Below, one piece after another: positions 56,496 to 64,000 of a DNA stretch of 64,000 bases (position 1 is its first letter; every line of letters starts with the position of its first letter). Both the position numbers and the translations under genes were made by a program. Source of the stretch: an uncultured Verrucomicrobiae bacterium (GTDB taxonomy: Bacteria; Verrucomicrobiota; Verrucomicrobiia; Limisphaerales; JAFGQR01); the NCBI GenBank assembly GCA_963788655.1, contig CAWBHS010000023.1, positions 1 to 64,000 of the forward strand, written 5' to 3'. The notes beneath the pieces are model-generated. The model was not told the origin of the DNA and did no database searches. It saw nothing but the letters and a program-made list of their open reading frames with translations.

Positions 56496-58847
56496 TTATT
56501 GCAGGAGACGCACCCGGTAATAGTGCTGCCCGCCTGCCCCTCCCCCAACGTCCAAGTAAGAGTAGATCCCCCCGTTGCCAGGCACCGTGTCGAGCTGGAC
56601 CCAGGTTGTTGGGTTGCCCAAGGCGTCCGCCCGCTCGATTTGATAGTGCGCTCCGTTTTGGCTCGTAAACCGGATCCGCACGTCCAAGTCACTGAGTTTG
56701 ATGCTGGTGATCTGGATCTCAGGCTGTTCCGAAAGGTACCGCGCGGCCATCAGCGTGTACGTGCCGGTGCCCGTTGGCGAGGAATGCCGCACCAACAAAT
56801 AGTAAGTGCCGGCAGCTTCCAACCGATAACAAAATGCTTCCGCTGCTTCGCGATCCCGGAGATCCGAGTCAGCCTCAAACAGCGGTTCCGGATCCGTTGC
56901 AGAAAACAGGTCCAAAACCAAATCCGTGGCCAAGTCATCCTTTTCCGGGTTACAATCCGCGCTCACATAAATCAGGCTGTTGGACGGGACGGTAATCGTG
57001 TAGTAATCCACGTCGCCCGCGGTATTGATTGCTCCCCGGAGCACTCCCTGGGCCGCCCCTCCGGACAATAGTATGTTGGCCGACTCCGGCAAATCGTTGG
57101 CCTCGGTTTCCTGGGTAAACGGCGCCGGGGTCAAAACCACGTACAATTGATACGGGACGATGATTTGATCCGTTGCGGCAGCCTGGACGCGCAGAAAATA
57201 CGAACCACTATTCGTCAGGCTGCGACCGGCAATCGCCGAAGCCAGTTCCCCGTCGGGTTCCAGGGTGGAATCACCGCCGTTGCCCGAGCCATCATCGTCA
57301 TCTTCTTCGATCAGCGTCGTGCCGTTGGCGGCAAACAATGCCAGTTGCGAGTCACGCGAATTGGCGCCGATCCCCTGCGGTCCACCGGTGTCCACCAGCG
57401 TCCAGAGCAGGGAGCCCGCCGACGCATCGAACACAAACCAATCCGCATCGCCGTCCGGCGAAATCGCCAGGGGCAATCCCCCGCTCGCTTGGTCCAGCAC
57501 GGCGAAACTGCTGTTAAATACCACCACGGTTGCGGTGCCGGGGGAATTGTCCACCACCTCATCGTCATCGAGAATGATCAATTCCGTCGTGCCCGCCGTC
57601 CCCACCAGCGCCCCGCCCGTCGGGTGGCGCAAAGTGAGCAGTACCGTTTCGTTGGATTCAGTGAGCGTGTCATTCAGGATCGGCACCGTGACATATTGCG
57701 TCGTCACGCCTTCGGGAAATGTCAGCACCTGAAAAACCGAGGTGTAATCCGTCGCAGCCACCGCCGTCCCGTTGCTGGTGGCAAATTCAACCGTCACTTC
57801 ACCCAAAGCCCCGCCGCCACGAAGCACTTCCAACGCAGCGCTCCCGTCGTTTTCCCGCACCAGATAGCTGGATTCGCCAAACAGCAGTGTGCCCGGCCCG
57901 CGACTGAGCACCATCAAGTGATACGGGGCCGGATCGGTCCCGCTGATTCCATGGCGCACGCGGACGTAATAAGTTCCGGTGGCCGGCACGGCAAAGCAAA
58001 AGGCCCGCGATGCGTCATTCCGCGGGGGCAACCGCGGAAATTGGAGTTGGCTGGAGAAGAGAACCGTCGCGCCGTCGGTGCCGAGTAATTCCATGGCCAG
58101 ATATAGTCCGCCCGCCCGAGTGGGATCACAATCCAGGGCCAGCAACAGGGTGTTCCCCGCCAGCGTCTCAATCTGGTAAACGTCTTCGTCACTGCTGGAA
58201 TCGAGTAATCCCGAACGCAGCCCCAAAGGGGACAATAGAGTGATGATCGGTTCGGCGTTGGCAACGGTATCGTTGGGTTCCGCTTCCGGCACCGGATCCT
58301 CCACCGTCAAAGCCACGAACAAGTTGTAAGATTCAATTGGCCCTAGAAACGATTCGATCCGGATATAATACGTGCCGCCTTCGTCAAGAGTCAGTCCGCT
58401 AATCGCGGAGGCTACGTCATTTGTCACCGTGGTTCCGCAGCCATTGCCCAACCCATCGTCATCGTCTTCCTCGAGCGACGTTGCGCCATCGCTGGCGATG
58501 AGGCTCAGGTAGGGATCGGCAAACTCTCCGTCCACCACGTTGGTGGTATCGACCAGGATCCAGACCTTGGCTCCCGGAGGCGCGATGAAGCTGAAATAAT
58601 CGACATCGTCACCCGTCGCCAGCGCGCCAATCCCCACCGCGCTACGTGACGACAAATTCAACGAGGTGGCCGTGCCGGCAAAATCGTTGGGCTCGACTTC
58701 GACGGTCTGGGGTTCCGCCTGGGCTTCCGGGGCTGGAAAACCGAGCGCGGCGGCGCCCAGAAACAACGCCACCGTCCAATCCTTGAATGCTTCGAAAATC
58801 CTAAGCCTCCAGCTCCGACCAACCGGAAGTGTACGACAGGTATTCAT
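56496..58847 (-). CDS. Secreted PPC-repeat / Calx-beta protein with C-terminal YYRV domain
   Basis: EVEPND...DVDYFSF pre-peptidase-C-like repeats (duplicated pair), Calx-beta (GTAVAATDY...LTFPEG), C-terminal HYYRVRLLQ. Confidence 0.8.
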   Translation of the reverse strand: MNTCRTLPVGRSWRLRIFEAFKDWTVALFLGAAALGFPAPEAQAEPQTVEVEPNDFAGTATSLNLSSRSAVGIGALATGDDVDYFSFIAPPGAKVWILVDTTNVVDGEFADPYLSLIASDGATSLEEDDDDGLGNGCGTTVTNDVASAISGLTLDEGGTYYIRIESFLGPIESYNLFVALTVEDPVPEAEPNDTVANAEPIITLLSPLGLRSGLLDSSSDEDVYQIETLAGNTLLLALDCDPTRAGGLYLAMELLGTDGATVLFSSQLQFPRLPPRNDASRAFCFAVPATGTYYVRVRHGISGTDPAPYHLMVLSRGPGTLLFGESSYLVRENDGSAALEVLRGGGALGEVTVEFATSNGTAVAATDYTSVFQVLTFPEGVTTQYVTVPILNDTLTESNETVLLTLRHPTGGALVGTAGTTELIILDDDEVVDNSPGTATVVVFNSSFAVLDQASGGLPLAISPDGDADWFVFDASAGSLLWTLVDTGGPQGIGANSRDSQLALFAANGTTLIEEDDDDGSGNGGDSTLEPDGELASAIAGRSLTNSGSYFLRVQAAATDQIIVPYQLYVVLTPAPFTQETEANDLPESANILLSGGAAQGVLRGAINTAGDVDYYTITVPSNSLIYVSADCNPEKDDLATDLVLDLFSATDPEPLFEADSDLRDREAAEAFCYRLEAAGTYYLLVRHSSPTGTGTYTLMAARYLSEQPEIQITSIKLSDLDVRIRFTSQNGAHYQIERADALGNPTTWVQLDTVPGNGGIYSYLDVGGGAGGQHYYRVRLLQ

Positions 58848-58936
58848 GTTGAGTGCTTTTTACCGCAGGTTTGCCGCATTATATACTCCTTCTTGGCCGA
58901 AATTTCAAATTCCCGCCGTCTGCCCCGTTTTCTTCG

Positions 58937-60062
<1,126 letters not shown>

Positions 60063-60085
60063 ATCACTTCCCCAGTTCAAGCTTC

Positions 60086-60120
60086 ACCGGCGATCCGGAA
60101 ACGGGTCGCCGGTTTTCTTT
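60086..60120 (+). terminator. Rho-independent terminator after gap
   Basis: accggcgatccg-gaaa-cgggtcgccggt followed by tttcttt. Confidence 0.85.
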
Positions 60121-60150
60121 CGCCATGACAAGTTGACACACCAATCGCGA

Positions 60151-61665
60151 TCATCCGTGTTGATCCGTGTTGATCCGAGGTTGATATGAATCCGCACGGC
60201 CGAACGACCTGCCGACCAGCCCCATAACCAACGCCACCCCCACCATGATCGTGAGCCCGATCAACGTGTACCACGGCCAGGCAATGTCGGCCTTCCAACG
60301 AGCGTTGATGACCACCATCAATCCGAGCGAGGTCAGCATGCCGGCGCCCACCGCCAGGGCGTTGCCGCGTTTCCAGAAGATCGCCAGCAAGAGTCCGCCC
60401 AACATCGCGCCGTTGGTCAGACCAACCAGCGTGAACGCCAGATTGAAAACCGATTGCACTTCGCGGCTGAGGTACGCCACCAGCACCAGCACCACGCCCC
60501 AGGCCACGGTGGAATACTTGCTCAGCCGAAAATAAAACGCCTCGTCGCGCGGCTTTCGCGTCAGGCCTTTGAAGATGTCCATGGTGGACACGGACGCCAA
60601 CGCCGCCATGGCCGCGCTGACTGAAGACATGGCCGCTGCCAGGATGGCGACAATCAAGAATCCCTTAAATACCGGTGGCACCTCAGTGAGAATGAAAATG
60701 GGAAAAATGTAATCCTGTTGCGGCATGCCGGCCGCATTTTCAGGCAGCGGAATCGCCAGGGCAAATTGATGGTAATAGACCCACAAAAAGCTGCCAACCA
60801 ACAGAAACATCAGGAACAGCGGGGCGATGATCACCGCGCTGAGCACCAGCGATTTGCGGCCTTCCCGAACTGAACCGCACGTCAGCACGCGTTGGACGAT
60901 CAATTGATCTGCCCCGTGCGTGGACATTGCCAAGAACGTGGCGCCGAACAGGCCCATCCAAAGGTTGAACGGCATGGCGAACGAAAAATGAGTATTCAGC
61001 CAGGCCAGTTTTCCCCCGGCACCAGCGGCTTGAAAAACCGCCGCCAACCCGCCCTCGAACCGCGTCGGGATCAGGAACAGCACATACAGGCCGCCGGCCA
61101 TGAACAGGACGAACTGGGCGGCCTCGGTCCAGACCACGGCCTTGATGCCGCCGACGGTAGTATAGATCAGCGACAGGACGACAAACAAAAGAATGGCGGG
61201 CAGAATGCCCATGCCCAGCATCAATTCCAGCGGAATGCAGGTTACGTACACCCGCACGCCGGCCGCCAGTGTGCCGGCAATCAGGAAAAACACCGCGGCC
61301 AATCGGCGCGCTGATGGCCCAAAGGCGCGGTCGAACAGTTGGTAGGGGGAATAGATTTCGCCTTTGAAATAATGCGGCACCAGCACAACGGCCAGGATGA
61401 TTCGGGCAAGCACGTAACCGGCAACGATCTGGATGAAAGTCAGATTCTGCTTGCCGTACGCCATTGCCGGCACGCCGACGAAGGTGAGCGCACTGGTTTC
61501 CGTGGCGATGATGGACATGCCCACGCCCCACCAGGGAAGGTTGCGGCTGCCCAGGAAATAATCGCGCGTATTCCGTTGGCCTTTGCCCAGCCATACTCCC
61601 AGGACGATCATGCCCAGCAAATACCCGACGATCACGGTCCAGTCTGCTGCCGTTAGATAACTCAT
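60151..61665 (-). CDS. Sodium:solute symporter family transporter
   Basis: DYFLGSRNLPWW, SIIATETSALTF, GGIKAVVWT, DQLIVQR and AAAMSS; multiple TMs. Confidence 0.93.
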   Translation of the reverse strand: MSYLTAADWTVIVGYLLGMIVLGVWLGKGQRNTRDYFLGSRNLPWWGVGMSIIATETSALTFVGVPAMAYGKQNLTFIQIVAGYVLARIILAVVLVPHYFKGEIYSPYQLFDRAFGPSARRLAAVFFLIAGTLAAGVRVYVTCIPLELMLGMGILPAILLFVVLSLIYTTVGGIKAVVWTEAAQFVLFMAGGLYVLFLIPTRFEGGLAAVFQAAGAGGKLAWLNTHFSFAMPFNLWMGLFGATFLAMSTHGADQLIVQRVLTCGSVREGRKSLVLSAVIIAPLFLMFLLVGSFLWVYYHQFALAIPLPENAAGMPQQDYIFPIFILTEVPPVFKGFLIVAILAAAMSSVSAAMAALASVSTMDIFKGLTRKPRDEAFYFRLSKYSTVAWGVVLVLVAYLSREVQSVFNLAFTLVGLTNGAMLGGLLLAIFWKRGNALAVGAGMLTSLGLMVVINARWKADIAWPWYTLIGLTIMVGVALVMGLVGRSFGRADSYQPRINTDQHG

Positions 61666-62123
61666 GGGAACTCAATCACGTGCGGGCCATTACAGAAGAT
61701 GGCCCCACCGCTTGGCGAGGGAAAAGTTGCGGGGGGAGGGGAGTCTCGGCGTGGCGGCGTATCGGCCGCCGCCACCGACTCTGCTGGTGGCCGGTCGCCG
61801 CTTTGACGCCGCTACGGTTCCGGAGTTCAATGGGTGAATCTCATCGAGGAAAAGTCGCCCCAAACCTTCCGGTGGTTCAGGGAAAGGTGACTTCCGGCGA
61901 AAGGGGTTGCGAATCCACCAGCGCTTCCGAAAGTCGCGTCACTGTATAGCGGGCGTTGAGCTTGCTTCTGCGGTTGTTGGCCTTCCGGCGTGCAAAAACC
62001 AACGTAGCGCGCAAAATATTTCCTGCGTCTTTCCCTGTAAGAGAGTCGGCACGCAGTCAATCCGCTCAATTTGTCCCCCGGCGCGCAGTTTGCGCGCCGG
62101 GAATTTCCAGCCTGGCCGCCGAG

Positions 62124-62489
62124 CTACTTGCCAATGGATTTTTGCATGTTTTCCATGGCTTTATTGGCCTCGCCCTTGGCCTTTTCCACAGCTTCGCTGA
62201 TGGCCTTTTTGATATTGGCAATCACGTCGGTGATGGCCTGCTTCTGGTCGTCGGTGAGTTTGGCATTGGCGCTGAGTTTCTGAAGTTCGGTAAGCGCCCC
62301 CTGGTAATTCTGCGCTTTAATTTCAGAGACCGCTTTGTCCGCGGTGGCCTTGACCGAGGGATCCGCCGAAGCAAAACTCTTCTCGACCGGAGTCGGATCG
62401 ACTGTGGTTGATTGTTCGGATTTGCTGCAACCCGCTACGAAAACGGTTACTGCCACAAGTGAAGTGAGTATCCAATTGATTGATTTCAT
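62124..62489 (-). CDS. Small helical lipoprotein
   Basis: MKSINW...FVAGC lipobox; Ala/Lys-rich helices. Confidence 0.8.
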   Translation of the reverse strand: MKSINWILTSLVAVTVFVAGCSKSEQSTTVDPTPVEKSFASADPSVKATADKAVSEIKAQNYQGALTELQKLSANAKLTDDQKQAITDVIANIKKAISEAVEKAKGEANKAMENMQKSIGK

Positions 62490-62955
62490 TGTTGAGCCTT
62501 TGTTAGTTTTTGTGGGCGCACCGTAAAAGTTTGCGCAGCCCCTGTCAAATCCATCCGGGCAGTTCCATCACGCCGCTTCAGCAATTTTCAAACGCGAGCT
62601 TCTAACAAACCCGGTCACTCGATTGTCGTAGGCGTTAGAAACGTACGAAAGAAAGCAAAAGATAGCGCTGTGTGTGGCCATCGATTGCGCCCTTGAACAG
62701 GGCATTTGCCCCCGGGAAATAGGGTGGATGAACCGGCATGCGTTGGCAAAACGGGCACAAATCCAACTGATTCGCGTGGGTGGGCGTTCATCGCTGCCGC
62801 AACCAGCGGTTGGATGTGGTGTTACTCCAAAAACTGGAATTCTAGCAATATCATGAAGAAACCTCCGGAGATTTGCGTGGTCAATCCGGTTACAACAACG
62901 CCGCCCACAGCTTGGGGCCGGTTCACTCCAGCAGTTTCGTGACGTATTCTGTTCC

Positions 62956-63576
62956 ATGAGCCCCATCGACGAATCCCAATTGCTCACGCGGTGCCGCCAG
63001 GGCGATGCAGCGGCGTGGGATGAATTGTTTGACCGGCACTACGCTGCTGCGAGCCGGTTCATCTTTCAATTGAGCTACAATTTCACGCGGGAAGACGTGG
63101 AAGAGATTTGCCAGGAAGCATTTCTGACGGTGATTCGTAATCTGAATACCTTCAAAGGCCAATGCCAGTTTCAAACCTGGCTCTTCCGTATCGCCACGAA
63201 CAAGGCGCGCGACTACCGGCAGCGCCAGAATGCCGCCAAGCGGGGCGGCGGGCAGGTGCCGGTGTCGTTGCAAGCTGAAGATCCGGAAAACGGGACCGTT
63301 TTGGACCCTCCCAGCGATTCGCCAACGCCGGACATTTCGACGATTCAGGCGGAGAACCTTGCGTTGGTGGGCCAGGCGCTGGAGGAACTTGGCGATCCGT
63401 GCCAGGAAATTCTTTCCCTCCGCTACTTTGGCGATTTGAGCTACGAAGAAATTGCCGACAGTCTATCGCTGCACCCGAAGACGGTCAGTTCTCGTTTGAG
63501 TAAGTGTTTGGACAAACTGGAAATCGTCGGCCGAGCGATAAATGGACGGGAGAAAAGAACGGCGGCTTCCGTCTAA
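62956..63576 (+). CDS. ECF RNA polymerase sigma factor
   Basis: GDAAAWDEL, DVEEICQEAF, FQTWLFRIATN; region 4 LSYEEIA...TVSSRLS. Confidence 0.93.
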   Translation: MSPIDESQLLTRCRQGDAAAWDELFDRHYAAASRFIFQLSYNFTREDVEEICQEAFLTVIRNLNTFKGQCQFQTWLFRIATNKARDYRQRQNAAKRGGGQVPVSLQAEDPENGTVLDPPSDSPTPDISTIQAENLALVGQALEELGDPCQEILSLRYFGDLSYEEIADSLSLHPKTVSSRLSKCLDKLEIVGRAINGREKRTAASV

Positions 63577-63585
63577 TGAACTGGT

Positions 63586-64000
63586 ATGCCGTTTGAACCA
63601 GGCAAGAAAATTGAAGAACTGCTCCGAGCCTACGCCGCCCAGCGACGGGAAGAGAGCGGCGAGCCGTTGGCATTGCACCCGGCCAATCGTCGCCTGCTCC
63701 AGGACGAGGTGACGCGGACGTTTGGCCGATCCCGCAAGTCGAACCGATCGTTGTTTCAGATTCTGGGGCTGATGTGGCCTCGGTTGGTTTTTGCGGCGTC
63801 GCTTCTCGTCGTCATGAGCTTCGTGCTGTGGCGGTTGAGTGCGCCCAAACCCGCGGAGCAACAACTGGCCCGGAAAACGACAGAACCTCGGAGTTTCTCC
63901 TCAGTTCCCGCGAAACCAGGCAATGCCGGTAACTACACAAACGCTGACGAAGCAAAGGGAGGAAGTTCGCTGGCCCCTTTGAGCACTGTCGCCACCGCGT
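63586..64000 (+). CDS. Probable membrane anti-sigma factor, 3'-partial
   Basis: MPFEPGKKIEELLRAYAAQRR...WPRLVFAASLLVVMSFVLW: a short cytoplasmic domain plus TM immediately after the ECF gene; open to the window end. Confidence 0.7.
   Translation, partial: MPFEPGKKIEELLRAYAAQRREESGEPLALHPANRRLLQDEVTRTFGRSRKSNRSLFQILGLMWPRLVFAASLLVVMSFVLWRLSAPKPAEQQLARKTTEPRSFSSVPAKPGNAGNYTNADEAKGGSSLAPLSTVATA

Noticed and set aside
61690..61960. Possible RNase P RNA (gaggaaaagtc) or tRNA remnant (ggttgcgaatcc)
   Set aside because: Remaining conserved elements and cloverleaf are absent; the region resembles degenerate REP/composite repeats.

Overview
High-GC bacterial DNA. Gene content and repeats suggest Verrucomicrobiota (Pedosphaera/Limisphaera-like); this is inference. 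The dominant feature is a ~25.5 kb giant surface-protein gene (9367-34871, ~8,500 codons once five single-base insertions are corrected). Its order is: LEPR-XLL N-terminus, six ~290-aa repeats, a long RTX Ca-binding tract, a beta-propeller-like region, four ~1,000-aa beta-helix supermodules with plug-in LamG and PA14 domains, Ig-like domains and a C-terminal dockerin-like pair. It is translationally coupled (ATGA) to a secreted cohesin-like protein with a verrucomicrobial 'FYRV' C-terminal domain, a candidate dockerin-cohesin anchoring system for a giant adhesin. Other content: two CHASE2 trans-envelope signalling modules (outer-membrane barrel + CHASE2-Ser/Thr kinase; FecR + CHASE2-adenylate cyclase), carbohydrate genes (3x DUF1080, GH120+CBM6, DUF5060/GH5-like, Na:solute symporter), hopanoid radical-SAM genes (hpnH, hpnJ), a LeuC/homoaconitase large subunit, gap, an ECF sigma/anti-sigma pair, a decayed selA fragment cut off by a REP-like repeat, and several GTAG-type REP-like palindrome families. 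About 15 frameshifts in otherwise intact genes are all +1 insertions and are probably sequencing or assembly errors. No CRISPR, rRNA, tRNA or transposase was seen.
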